From the NCBI GenBank assembly GCA_964016885.1, contig OZ024742.1:340876001-340940000 (forward strand): 64,000 bases of DNA, written 5' to 3'. Source of the DNA: Eledone cirrhosa (Eukaryota). Below, piece after piece: positions 1 through 15,500 of this stretch (the first letter of the stretch is position 1; each line of letters opens with the position of its first letter). Under the pieces are notes generated by a model. The model was not told the origin of the DNA and ran no database searches. It was given only the letters and a program-made list of their open reading frames with translations. Made by a program: the position numbers and the translations under genes.

Positions 1-232
1 GGTATATATTGAGTTAGAAACTCAAAATGGTCTCTTACGATAAAATAGCTCTAGGAAAGAGATTTTTCCGAGCCGTATATTATAATTGAATATAAAAGAA
101 AATGGTAAGCGACCAGATTTGCTAGGGAATATACTAGAAAAGAATACTAACTATAGATAATCGGGTTTGCCAGACTCAATTTAAGAATAAATCAAGAAAA
201 TAAATACAAACCCGAATTGTAGTAACTACCAA

Positions 233-311
233 TCACCCAGACAGCTTTCGTCAGCTGTTTCGCAAAATTAATTGTGAAGAAGAATACCGATTCTTGCTCA
301 TCAGTGGGTGA
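233..311 (-). ncRNA. Type I hammerhead ribozyme motif
   Basis: TCACCCA CTGATGA GCAAGA..TTTTGC GAAA CAGCT gacgaa AGCTG TC TGGGTGA: 7-bp stem I, full stem III hairpin, GUC site. Confidence 0.85.
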
Positions 312-377
312 AGAATTAGTATCCTGAACACTTCTAAGTATATTAAAAAACGGGATAGTGTGCGTATATATAATAAC

Positions 378-445
<68 letters not shown>

Positions 446-511
446 GTGTGATTCTAATTTATTGTAAAATTGTATTCGTTGAATAATCAACGAACCATAT
501 ACACTTTTGGT

Positions 512-544
<33 letters not shown>

Positions 545-555
545 GTATATATATA

Positions 556-625
<70 letters not shown>

Positions 626-758
626 TATATAAATATGTATCGAGTACTATTCTGAGTTGTGATCTCGCTGTCCGTATCGCAAAGAATTTCTGTATATAAA
701 TATATATGAATAGAGATCGATATACAATATATAATGATCAAGTGGCTCTATGATACCT

Positions 759-834
<76 letters not shown>

Positions 835-1091
835 TTATATATATTGGATTGTAGAGTAGGTAATATGAAAAAAGTCAGGACCCCGACGGCTGAGCTCCGG
901 CCGTTTCGACAGCTATCGGATCTAACTGTCAAATCTAGCTGTAAGTATGCATGCGTACACACATACAAAACACCCACCCAAACACACACACACATATATA
1001 CACAAACACACACCAACCCACCCACCCACACACAAACACACACACACATATACACAAACACACACACACACAAAAGCATACGCAAACACTC

Positions 1092-1176
<85 letters not shown>

Positions 1177-1237
1177 TATACACAAACACACACATACGCA
1201 AATACACACCCACACAGACACAAACACACACACACAA

Positions 1238-1272
<35 letters not shown>

Positions 1273-2988
1273 CATACATATGTAGGTATGGGTACATTAA
1301 CAACATTTGATTCATGTGTAAACAAACGCCCCGATTAATGCTGTGCCATGGCCGATGACAAAATGTCATCTGTTTGTTCAACACTGGCATTGAGGAACAA
1401 TCAACATGTTTTTGGGTCATTATCCTTCATCAGGTCAGCATACATCTACAAATCTGTTGACCGGTTGAAAATATATAGTATTTTCTTAAGTACACATCGG
1501 CTGAGTAGCCTCATTTGCATGCTGAAAACTAAAAGTAAAATTAGAATTTTATTTATCGTATATATATATATATATATAAGCAAGATGTATGGTAGGTCGT
1601 ACGTGAATCGCGATGATCACGCCTGGCCTACCAAATATGTGACGGTAGCTAGTTAAGCTCTATGCGTATAAGCAGAGCAGAAATATTAATGAAAAAGAAC
1701 AAAGGAACTATTATGACATTATAACAAGTTTATTGCAGACAGCCGTTTCGTCCGACTATATGGTGGGTCTTATGAAGACATATAACAGGTGATTGTAAGT
1801 TCATTATTTACATCAACGTTTCACTCAAGATTAGCAGTTTGAAATCGTGGTATACATCAACAGCTCCGCTTGTATATTTGGGGTCTATATTCTAAGGGGG
1901 CTCTTTTATATTAGTTGTAGGAGTTGTAAAAGGGATGGGTTATAGGGAGTTAAGAGAATTTGAAAAGGGCCTAAGAGTTAGGGATTGAAGGTTAAAAATT
2001 ACAGAATTTATAAGTTACGCATTAAAAATAAAAGACTTGGGATCTCGTAAAAGCACCTTAAAAAATCCCTCAATAAGCGCATAAAGCTTATAAGCCTCAA
2101 TAAACCTAACAAACCAGAAGAGATTAAGAGAATAAAAGAATTTAAAAAAAAAAAAAAAAATATAAAGTTTCCTAAAAAATTCCTTCAAATGAAAAAAAAA
2201 AAAATTTTTTTCTAAGAGATCTCGTTAAAAAATTTCAGAAAATTTACGAAGATTTGATAATCCCTACTAAAGTTCTAAACTCAGAAATTAAAAATTAAAA
2301 ATTAAAAATTAGGAAAAAGAACTTTCAATAAGATTTAACAGGTTAATAAAGTTAATGATTTAGGGAGTCCATAATATAAAGATTAAGATTTAAGTTAGGA
2401 TTTGAATTTTAAGAGTTCCAAACCCAGAAATTAAAAAAAATTATGAATTTAAGATTAAGCAATCTTATATATCCAAGATTAAAAATTAACGATTAAGGGG
2501 TTGAACATTAAATTTAATTTTAAAAATTAAGAAATAAATAGTTGAAAGAAATTAATCAATTAAAGGTTAATTCAAAAAACCTTCAAAAAATCCCTCAGAA
2601 AAGGCCCCTTTAATATTTTTAATAAGAACCACTTCCGAAAGACCCTTCAAAGAATTAAAATTTTAGAGAGCCTTTAAAGATATACATAAATGAATTGAGG
2701 AAAATTATAAATTAAAAGTTAAAAATTACGGGATTTGGGAGAACCGAGGAATTTTCAAAGGGCTGCTTCAACAGATACAACTTAGGTATAATAGATAAAG
2801 TAATTTAAGTAATTTAAGTAATCTAATTAAGGAGCAATTCAAAGAGCTTATCAGGTTGGGCAAGATTAAAGAAAATGATAAGTAAGAAAATATATAAGCA
2901 AAAAGACAATAATTATAAAATGTATTTTTAAGAAGGTATAAAGTAGCTTCAGTAATCTAATAATGTATTATCAAAAAATTATTAATAT

Positions 2989-3240
2989 AGGATTAACAAA
3001 GACATAATAATATATTCCTGCCTAATTAACAAACAATCAATAAACAATTAACAGTCAAGCAAAATTTACTCAGGGATATCCCACGCTCGGATACTTTACA
3101 CACATACAGCAACACAAAGGATTAACAAAGACATAATAGTATATTCCTGCCTAATTAACAAACAATCAATAAACAATTAACAGTCAAGTAAATTTACTCA
3201 GGGATATCCCACGCACGGATACTTTACACACATACAGCAA
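2989..3240. repeat. Two-copy ~130-bp tandem duplication
   Basis: GGATTAACAAAGACATAATA...CACACATACAGCAA at 2989 and 3119. Confidence 0.9.
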
Positions 3241-4088
3241 GATGAACAATACAGGTGACCTTGTGGGTGTGATATCCATTGTTCGCATGCAGTCATCTGC
3301 ATAGCTCCAGGCACAGTTGGTCTTGTTTAAAAGTTCCGAGTTCACGAATCAACTGGGATTCACTATCAGCTGTGTGGACTCTGGGAAATGTACCTGTGGA
3401 TCAAATAGCTGGTGGTCGCAGGGTGTGGTCCGTTCGATCTTTTAGTTTCGGGGATTGCACGCGTTTGCGATAGATCAGCTTGCCGGTTCGAAATCCAAGG
3501 TCTTACTGTATAGGATGTATTGGTGTACATGATATATTGGTAAAAAAGTTCAGTATGGACTTGACTGGGGTGGTATATTGCGTCTCTCGCTATTATCCCC
3601 TATTCTCACCAATTCCAAGCTCACACGCGACTGGTCAAATGCTAAGGGCTGTCCCCTCTTTGTTTGTTGTAGGGGTCGGTTCTAGCTTAGATGGTGGTCG
3701 TGTTATCCATGTTGCTTCTATATCCCGTCAGTCATGCATATTCAAGACAGATCACGGTATAAATTTGCGGGTATGGTCTGGCGTCTACGCTATCCAAAGG
3801 GTCTCTCTTGTGGTATTTTCAAATTCGCATGTCATCTCCCGGTCAAGTCTGCGCATGCTTCGGTGAATCTCATGCATGGAATCTTGGGGTATCATATTAC
3901 ACGGGGTGACTAGCAGAAAATACATATTCCATGCTATCGCGCACGCGCTGGCCTGTGGCTACGACCATGTCCAGTCTCGGGTAGTAGCAGACAGCAGGTA
4001 TATATATATATATATATACATAATATAAGATCCCGTTAAGGGTGAAAGCAGCGATTCTTTGCTTAAACTTTAATCTGTTATTTTAATA

Positions 4089-4120
<32 letters not shown>

Positions 4121-4123
<3 letters not shown>

Positions 4124-4328
4124 AAAAAGTATGACCCCGACGGCAGAGCTTAAGCCGTTTCGACGGCTATTTCTGGACTAAATTCAGTCCAGAAATAGCC
4201 GTCGAAACGGCTTGAGCTCTGCCGTCGGGGTCATACTTTTACCTATTTCCCACTCTACTACCGTAAGTATTGAGTACTCTGGTGCGTTATGGTCCATCTG
4301 GTTCCATAGCACAATTCCTTTGTTTTAT
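4121..4328 (+). mobile_element. Short fold-back element, 'family A' (other copies ~846-935, 8080-8245, 8285-8462, 27740-27780, 43950-44103, 54036-54298, 55040-55170, 55690-55826, 59647-59718, 63575-63686)
   Basis: Shared GTCGAAACGGC..GCCGTCGGGGTC..CCACTCTACTACCCTAAGTATTGAGTACTCTGGTGCGTTATGGTCCATCTGGTTCC tail. A ~60-bp inverted arm is present in several copies, and copies sit in or next to (TA)n. Confidence 0.85.
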
Positions 4329-4685
4329 ATATATCGTTGGTAGTGGGGTCCTTTCTTGCTCACATCTCACTCACGACGGACGGTCTGTATTCTGATCGCT
4401 AATGAAATTCACGCAGCTTAAGCTGACCGGATAACCATGTTGCTTGTTTTTTTTCCTATCTTCGGTTTGCTTTTATCCTTCTATGTTGTTTACTTGTCTC
4501 ACTCGCTTTACGCGACTCACTTGTCCCAATAGCTTTTTTTAGTTATTGCTCGCACCAACCTGAGGTATATGATTTTTAATGCGATGAAATACCAATGATG
4601 GTTTGCAAATCACTGACGAAGGACTAATTTTATAATATGTAACCCATGTGCAACCACGCAGTATTCCTCTTTCTTCTCATGTTTT

Positions 4686-4744
<59 letters not shown>

Positions 4745-5116
4745 GTGTATGTGTGTGTATATATGTGTGTGGATTGTGAATGCTAAAATCATCAAAAGCT
4801 ACAAAAGCAATACTATCTAAAAAATATGCCTCAAATCTAAAAGTAAGGCCAAACACAGCGTCTCTTAATTAAACGTTTCACAAACAATGTCGACGTAGCT
4901 TTGAATGCCCAGTCGCTCTTTTTCGGACTTCTTCTTATCGTATCCACATTTATAACTGTGGCTTGTGGTGCTGATAGGATTAGCAGTATCGTATCAATAC
5001 CAGGGCCGCGGCGAGGACGCTCCTATCTTGGAATAATACATACTTAAAATCCCGACAGCGGCGCTAAGCGGGTTCAGACTACTATACACACACACATATA
5101 TATATATGCTTGTATG

Positions 5117-5203
<87 letters not shown>

Positions 5204-5242
5204 GATATTAACAAATGGAAACTATATTTATAAAACCATATT

Positions 5243-5307
5243 TATTTCATTATACATATTTCAAGGATACTAAGTTAAATTATGGTATGCCTTCATCAGA
5301 CAAAATA
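5243..5307 (-). ncRNA. Minimal type I hammerhead motif
   Basis: TATTTTGT CTGATGA AGGCATAC..GTATCCTT GAAA TATGTA TA ATGAAATA; same family as 27995-28061. Confidence 0.75.
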
Positions 5308-6142
5308 CAATATATATCAGTTTTACAAATAAGCATTGACGTACCCTTTCAAAATGCGACCATTACTTTTGGAGGACATCAGGATAGTGGTTTGTTTATA
5401 TTATTTTAGTAAGTCGTAGTGTTAAGGATAAGTACAAAAGACAGAGAGAGAGAGAGAAAAGCGTGGAGAAAAAGGGAGAGATAAATTTTAAAAAAAGAGG
5501 AAAGAAAAGAAGAAAAAAAGAAAAGAAAAAATAAGAAAACAGAGGAAAGCAACAGAGAGATATCAAACCATCAGACAGAGAGAAAAAACTCAAGAGAGAT
5601 AAATAAGAGATAGAGAGAGGGGGAGAGAACGAAAACCTTAAGTCATGTCATATTAAGTTGAGTTAACAATTGAGATGAAATGGATAAATAAAATTAGAAA
5701 TATTAATATTCATGAATGGAATATAAATATATAATATGAGAAATTAATCATTGTTTAATTATGATTAGATATTTAGTTTAAAAATTGAGATCAATATACT
5801 AAAAATTGGAATTTAAACATCACAAAATGTATATTACTAGAGAAATTACCTATCGTACAGCACGTATATATAGGCAAAGATACATAAATATATAAATACA
5901 CGTACATTCAGAGAATACACATTATATCTACTCCCGCATATAATATATATACATACAGAGCATAAGTGATTTTTTTAATTACTGCTATACATTCCCTGTG
6001 TTATTAAATAAAAATTCCCAGTATATACATATAAATATATATAAATATATAGGATCAACTTTCATGCATTTATGGCTGCTAAAATTATGCATATCTGCAA
6101 TCAAAACTGCATGGGTAAGCATGCACGCACATAACTCCTAGC

Positions 6143-6222
<80 letters not shown>

Positions 6223-7005
6223 TGTGCGTGCATCTTCACCCGATTGGTAGACACGCGTCACTCATGCATATATAGAGACAGATATATAATCACAAAAAAG
6301 CATATAACACATGTATATGTATGTTAATACACATATATAAATACATATTCGTATAGAGATAAGTATACATCAATATATTACATAGTACAGTTGAGTATAT
6401 AAAATACAAAGAATTATATTTTGGAAATATAATTATATCAATATAAATTTAAAATACAAAAGGATTATATTTTGGAAATATAATTATATCAATATAACTT
6501 AAAAGACAAACGAATTCTACAAATATCAAAATATTAAATATTTTAAAATATTATAGAATATCTTAAGTTAAAATAATATGTTTAATAGATTTAGTATAGA
6601 AATTTATCTTACGTATATTTTAATCAAGATATTGAAAGGATAAACTTTTTAGAGTAGTTTATTATATCTATATTTATATATTTAGGAAGAAAATTTATAC
6701 TTGAGTATTTAACCAAAGAAAATGAAAAAGGTGAAGGAATCTAATGATCTATCGACAGGTTTCATATATTAACCAAATTACTTAATTAATTATACTACAT
6801 TTTAAATTTATATTTATATTTAAACGTTGAGTTCAATCTATGTCTGCAGCAACTGAATAAATGATTCCTTAGATTAAGAGAATTTTTGGCCTTTAATATA
6901 GAGAATATTTCCTCTATACAAAGATCACAATTTTCTGTCGGGGCCTATGTTTCCGATTCCAACGGTGGTTTACACACACACATGCTCACGCACACACACG
7001 AACAG

Positions 7006-7119
<114 letters not shown>

Positions 7120-7120
7120 G

Positions 7121-7213
<93 letters not shown>

Positions 7214-7764
7214 GTGTGGTGTGTACTTCTTGTTTTAGTTGACTTACGTCTCCTATGTGCGTGGTTTTGTATACCTATGGTAAGGTTTTGCGAATGCTTG
7301 TGTATGTACGTATCTGTTTGCGTGTATGTATTTATTTGTTTCTATTACTTCTGTATTGTATTTATTTACTTTGTTCTTAACTCTGTAGCGGAGATTCATT
7401 TGGTCTCCTAGTTAGAATTTTAGTCTACAACTTCTGCTTTACCTTTTACGTGGTTTTGTCTTTGCGTGCTATTGTTCTCCACGCTCCACATATGACGTAT
7501 TATCTTCGTTTTTTTCGTTCATCGCCAGAGAACGTCTCTATGCACCACCTAAGAGAACATTAGTCTACGACCTCTATTATACCATAAACGTGGTTCTGTC
7601 TTTGCGCGTAATTGTTTTTCACCGCTCCTATTAATGACGTATTATTCGTTTTTTCCCGTTCTTTGCCAGCGAACGTCACCATGAACCAAAGTATCGTCTT
7701 CCTGTCTTCCTCCGGTTGCAACGATTTTTGAAATATCCAGTTCTGCGTTTACAGATTGACTTTG

Positions 7765-7942
<178 letters not shown>

Positions 7943-8240
7943 AACACACAATACACACACACTGTAAACAAGACAGTGCATGCAATACAGACATTTTCTC
8001 TTCTGCCAGTCTTCTCTTATCATTTGTTAACCTTGGCGAAGCTGGGTACCTCAGCTAGTATATATATATAAATTAAAATGGGTGCAGTAAAAACCAGTTA
8101 GACGAGAGTACTCGGTGCTTGATGTAGTAGAGTGGGTAATATGAGAGATTCGGGACCCCGATAGCTGAACTACTCCCGTTTCAACCGTTCGGATCTAGCT
8201 GTCGAAACGGCAAAAGCTCAGATCTCGAGGACCCGATTCC

Positions 8241-8286
<46 letters not shown>

Positions 8287-8462
8287 AGCAAGTATGACAC
8301 AGACGGCAGAGCTCAAGCCGTTTCGACGGCTAATTCTGGACCGTCGAAAGGGCTTCTGCCGTCGTGATCATACGTGTCCCTATTACCCTCTCTACTACCC
8401 TAAGTATTGAGTACTTTGGTGCGTTATGGTCCATCTGGTTCCTTACCACTTTTCCTTCGTTA

Positions 8463-8584
<122 letters not shown>

Positions 8585-8619
8585 TATATATATATATTTA
8601 TATATATATATTTATATAT

Positions 8620-9370
<751 letters not shown>

Positions 9371-10075
9371 GTGTATGTGTATATATAGTAGTTAATTTTT
9401 GTATATCCTAAATAATATATTTGTTATTAATGGAGACTGTTTACTTTGAAGTTTCATCGATTTTATTAGAATACGACAGATGTTTCGATCGATTCCCTGC
9501 AAGCGTGTCTGTCCACTTTATTCCATCTCTAATACTTTACCTTTATTTTATAAACCATTATTTATAGTGATCAGCTATTAGTATAGTTATCTGCGTTGGC
9601 ACGACTACATTTTCAAATCTCAAATCTTTGAACACATGGTAACCCTGACGAAAGTCTGTATTGAGAAGCGGGCTTATTGCATTTCAGATTTCGCCAATAA
9701 ATCTTAAGTCAACCGTTTTGTTTACACATCTAACTAAGGAATAACATCTTCAGACTTCATGACTATTGTGACGAGCTACCCCTTAGAATAGTGGGTAACA
9801 CACTCGTTTGAATCCGAAAGTTACAGTCCCCATTCTTCGCAGGTGCATTTGTCCCGTTCCAGGTGTACATTATACTATTTTCTCAACTATTATTTATAGT
9901 GATCGACAGTATCGGAGTGGTAGTATTGGTAGAGGGTCGGATACCATGCTTTGTAGCATGGAGTTACGGCCCTTTATAACCTGAGTTCAAATCCCGCCGA
10001 GGTTAACTTTGCCTTTCATCCTTACGGGGTCGATAAAATAAAGTACCAGCAATACACTGGGATAATTGCTGGCCT

Positions 10076-11370
10076 GCCGACTGGGCTTGATCGACAGCCA
10101 CCCAGCTTTCTTTCTGTTGAGGAACTGCTTCGCCATGCCGAAGTTCCTCTTTACTCTTCGCAGCACTCCGTGCTACACCCACGCATCTCTCCTCGCTGAC
10201 CTCGATACTTGTATCCGAGCAGCAGCCGAGGAGATATGCAACGTCAGGTTTGACGACATTGGATGGCAACAGGCCACTTTACCTGTCAGGTATGGCGGCC
10301 TTGGCCTCCGGTCCCCGATCTCACTGGCTTTGCCGGCGGTGTTCGTCGGTAACCACATGCCGCGTCCTTGTCAGCAGGGTTCTCCAAAACACAATAGAAC
10401 CCTCTGTATTCAGATAACGTGAGGCCGCCTGTTAGATGTGGGACCGGCTGGGACTTATCCCAGTAGACGTCCCTCCTCCTCTCCCCCCCGCTGGCGTCAA
10501 GTCCCCCCAAAGCACTTTGGATGCCATCCAGTGCAGCCTAGCTACAGACAGGTTCACACGCCAGCTCGACCAGCACCACCTTGCCTGTTTTCGTGCGGCC
10601 TCCAAACCCCACAGTGTTGTTTGGCGCCATGCCTGCCCTCCTTCTCCACTGACACGCAGCTAGACAATAATAGCCTGCGCATCGGCGTTTCCTTGAGGCT
10701 CGGCCTCCGGATCTGGGAGCCACACCAATGTCACTGTGGATCCACCGCGCACTCTTTCGGCCTCCACCCGCTTTCCTGTCTCCACAGTGCCGGTCGCCTT
10801 CCACGCCGTGCTGTCCTCAACGAGGTCATAAAGCATGGCTTGGATGCTCCAGGCTTCCCTTCCCAGCTCGAGCCGGTGGGGCTGCACCGAAGGGACGGCA
10901 AAAGGCCAGATGGCATAACCATCTTCCTGTTCCGCGGTGCCAAACACCTCGTCTGGGATGCCACTTGCACCGACACTTTCTGCAGCCGCAACCTGACGCA
11001 GTCTGCGACTAACCCAGGTTCTGCTGCACGTCAGGCTGAAGGGGCGAAACTCCTGAAGTACCGGTCGCTCTCCGACAGGTTTGCGGTTGTACCCTTGGCA
11101 GTGGATACTTCTGGTGTCCTCGGCCCTAAGGCTACCTCCCTACTCACCACCATAGGCGCTGAGCTGGCCAGCCGCAGGTGTGAGCCCCGCGAGTTGGAGT
11201 GGCTTTTCCAGCGAGTCTCCCTTGCTGTCCTCAGGGGAAACACCTTCTCTATTCTGTCCGCCGGGGCCGTGGGGAGACAAGCCGATTATATTACGAATTC
11301 TGTTGATTAGTCTTAAATACGTTTAGCAAACATTAACTATTCACTCTATACGTTCTCCATCTCATCATGA
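10076..11370 (+). mobile_element. 5'-truncated CRE-like non-LTR retrotransposon (RT C-terminus, CCHC zinc knuckle, restriction-like endonuclease); frameshifted
   Basis: WQQATLPVRYGGLGLR, LRIGVSLRLG, CHCGSTAHSFGLHPLSC, KRPDGIT..HLVWDATCTDT, AEGAKLLKY, WLFQRVSLAVLRGN across ORFs 10066-10422 and 10438-11310. GC-rich island ending near AATAAA at ~11370. Confidence 0.85.
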
Positions 11371-11660
11371 ATAAAATTTGGTGTTAGCCAAGACATATTT
11401 TCCTCATTTCTTGTAATAACTTTCAATCAAATAATGGAATTTGAAAGCCAGTTTATTTCGGGGATGATGGCGCATGCTATAAGGAAACGAGGCAGAGAGT
11501 ACATTATTTGGGTTGGGAAGCACACGTTTCAAATTCCGTATATATGTACATATATATTCTTGTCAAAATAAGTTGATTTATCATTCACATTTCATAAAAG
11601 AATGTAGATTTGTTGTTCCTCTTCCACGTGTCATATCCCCCCCCTCTCCATTTCTCTCTC

Positions 11661-11762
<102 letters not shown>

Positions 11763-11871
11763 GAAGAGATGGTCGTCTTCTGTAAAGAAATGGTAGTTAT
11801 CATATATTCATATATATATACATATACATATATTCATACATTTCTCTCTTTCTCTCCCTCTCTCTCTCTTT

Positions 11872-11959
<88 letters not shown>

Positions 11960-12409
11960 GCAACAACGTAGATGTATAAAGATAGAAAGTGATAGATACG
12001 TTGCTTTGTTCCGTATAGGAAGCTGTCAGTGTCAGTATAAAGGTCAATACAGATAGTGACTCAACTATGTTTCATGTTCTATGATCAGACATCCAACAAG
12101 CAATCCATAAACCATAGAACAGGAATTGCTGAAGCGAACATCTGTTTTACATACGAAATGAGCACATACACAGACATATATATTTACATACAAGCATATA
12201 TATAATTACAAATATCCATACATACACGCACACACACACACACATATATATATTTATTTATTTATATTACATACATATATGTATTCATCTATGTATATAT
12301 ATATATATATATGATACAGTAATATATATATATATATATTTTGCTATGTATTAAGTACTTTACTTACTGTGGTTACCCCTGATTGAACCTGGGATAAACT
12401 TATACACAT

Positions 12410-12442
<33 letters not shown>

Positions 12443-12599
12443 CATACATATGTATGTATGTTCTTCTGGTTTTATAATTTCACAAATATTTACCAATAGA
12501 GAGAGAGTCGGTTTCTCACATAGACACAAGACTCTCTCATTGGAATGTACACATCAACTAGGTAGATATGCATGTATGCATGCATGTGTAGATATGGAT

Positions 12600-15500
12600 G
12601 TTATTGTATGTGTGGATGTGTATGTTTTGAATTATATGTGTGCATGCGTATATGCTTAGTATCTGTACATGTGTATATGCAGTTATTAGATGCAAAATTT
12701 TTGGAATGTTTTACATATTTTTACTGTTCCATTAATGGATTGTACTTGTAATTTCCTAACTAGTTGTGTTCTTTCTGTTCCTGTGAAGCCCAGCTTCTCA
12801 AGATTTGTATTGAGGCAGTTACTAACATATCCCAGTACCCCAATAACCACAGGCATAAATCTGAATGCATAAATCAGGGTGGAGTATCTGCAGATTTCTC
12901 ATCAGTTCTGCATAACTATTCTCCTTTTCACTAATCTTTGATATTATATTGGCATCTGCTGGGCAGCTATCTTCCACTACTGTGCATGCCTTCGTTTCCC
13001 TGTCCCATATCATAATATCTGGTCTGTTATGCCTGCATTTTATTGGGGTTTTTACTGGAACATTCCACCAGTACTCTTTCATATTATGTATGTATATGTC
13101 TTCCACATACTGTAACTTTTAATGTCTTTATTATTGGGGCTATCTTGTCTACGCATTGCATCGTACAGTATTTTGGCCACTACATCATGCCTCATAGGTA
13201 GATAGTACCGCGATGACCTCTTTGGACAGCTGCTGATGACATGGGTGACATCTTCGATGTTAATTCTGCAGAGTCTGCACTTGTTATCACATCTAGGTGT
13301 TTTGCTGCATCACTATTTCTTTGTGAATCAGGTATTTCGTGTTGATTTCCTGTTCTTGGATTGCAAAAGCGTATCCTTCAAAGTGGGAGCCAATATAGCG
13401 GTTGTTGGTTCAAGATAGACTACTTTCCTTATCTATATTACTCTCACTCTGGAGCTTTCTGGTAACATATCCATGCATGATTTTTTGCTGATAAGCATGC
13501 AGTATTTCATGCATGGATTCACTGCGATACTGCTGAGCGACTTCCCTGGGTGTGAGTTTTTTTATTATCACAGAAGGAATACCCCCCGAGGAGTTCCTTC
13601 CCACTCTCATGATCTTATCTGTTTCTGCCTCCCTGCTTACGTTTCAAGTAAAGGCAGTCTATGTCACTGTTGATGTGGAAGTTTCCGGTGTTGTTTAGTA
13701 TTTTTCGAGTTCTAACATCAATCGCTCGGATTTCGTCTATCGTCCAATTGAGTATTCCAAACGTTGGTGTTAGGACAGGCACAGCAAACACATTGTGAGC
13801 CATTGTTTTGTTTTGCGCAGAGAGTTCCAATGACCATATCTTTCTTAATCGGGTGTAATATTCCCTGGTTACGCGTTCCTTATTACAGATACCATTATAG
13901 AATATGTTCTCATCTATCCCCAGGTATCTGTAGCAATCCTCGTCAGTTATCGGTGAAACAGTTAGGCCATTGATACAATGTTGCTAGATTGGGTTGTTGT
14001 TTTTCTCCGCTTTACAGTCATGTATGAGCATTTATCTTGGCCAAACTCCATTCCTATATCCTTTGAGAATGCTGTAACCAGGTCAAGATTTTTCTTCATC
14101 CCATCCATATTCTTGGCATAGAGTTTCAGATCATCCACAAAGAAATTATGGGTTAGGTTCGTATTTCCGTCCTCCTGTCAGCCAATGATGTATCCTTCAC
14201 ATTTCTTGAGCAGAAAGGACAAGGGGTTTAATGACAGGATGAATAATATCACAGGGAGACTGTCTCCCTGAAATATACCCCTGCGGTATTTTATTTATCA
14301 GTGAAAATAGAGTCCTCCTTCTCTGTCTTTAACTTTAGGATAGTAGCCCAAGAAGAAAACAGCTTCTCTATGGCTCTGATAATAATGTCTGGGACTTTAG
14401 CGAGTCGGAGGGCCTCTATCATCCAAGAGTGGGGAACAGAATCGAAAGCTTTCCTGTAGTCCAACCAGACTGTAGCCATATTCCTCCTAAGTTGTCGCAC
14501 CTCCGACATCGAAGTTTTGTTGATTAATAGTTGTTCAGCACATCCCCAACCCCTTTCTTTCCAGCTGCTTGTTCATCTGCGATGATGTTATTATTTTCTT
14601 GGAGGAATAGGTTCAGGCAGGCTGTATACATCTTATACATCAGGTTCTGGCATGCAATGGGTCAGTAGTTTTTTGCCAAGTGGGTGTCTTTGTTTTGGGG
14701 GACCAGTAATGTTTGTGCTACTGTCAGCCATTCTGGTATAAGTGTATCTCCCTTAAAAACTTGTTGGTAGAGGTCGGTAAGATACCTCCGATAGAATATC
14801 AGTTCTTTGTACCAGTAGCCGACAATCATGTCTCTTCCTGGTGTTTTCTTATCTTGGAGTTTTCCTATCACAGTCTCAAGGGTACCCTCATTTATTTCGT
14901 ATGTTTTTGTTGTAGTGTAGGAGCAATAGTTCTTTTGGATTTCTTTTAGCCACAGTGCATCTTGGTTGAAATTCTTCTTTTCACCCCATATTTTTCACCA
15001 AAAGGAATCTATGTATTTATGGGATGGGGCCTCAGTGACACTTATTATTTTGCCTCTCATATCTCTATAGACTGATGTTTGGTTTCGTCTGAATCTTTTA
15101 TTAAGCACTTTTCTTTCATCTACCTTCTGTAGGTATCTGCGTTTTTCGCTAACAGCTCTCAATTCTTGTTTGAGGGTGATCAGCTTATATTGAAGAGTTC
15201 TGGTTCTACTGTTACCAAACATCGTCTCTATTTTATTTTCACTCTTTGTTGGTGAGTTGGTGAGGAGTGAGGTATTTTTGTGTTTGTTTGCATGTAAGGA
15301 ACATTGTCACATATCCTATCGTTTTTCGTAGGTCAGCAATCTTTTTTTCTATTTTAGTTATATATGATGGTATTTTTGGTGGTGTTTTGTTCTTGTTAAT
15401 ATCTCTGCTATCACCAAGATAATGCTTCACTATCCTTGCTAAAGCATATAAACAGGCGTTCATTTGCCAAAATGTTAGGGTTTTTATCCGTCGTAAATAT

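Noticed and set aside
1575-3998. Coding potential in the 3240-3960 higher-GC stretch
   Set aside because: Minus-strand frames are interrupted by stops, and neither they nor the short plus-strand ORFs show a recognisable motif. Probably an unclassified repeat interior.
4610-4640. CTGACGA motifs at 4613 and 9645, and CTGAAGA in the R4 5' UTR (~16208)
   Set aside because: No correctly placed GAAA/NUH/stem I partner.
9705-9758. Degenerate hammerheads (also ~1400-1437, 1733-1755, 18178-18220, 59880-59962)
   Set aside because: Core is mutated or missing (CGAAA->CAAAA, CTGTCGA, GAGA, or no CUGANGA). Treated as relics and not counted as intact.
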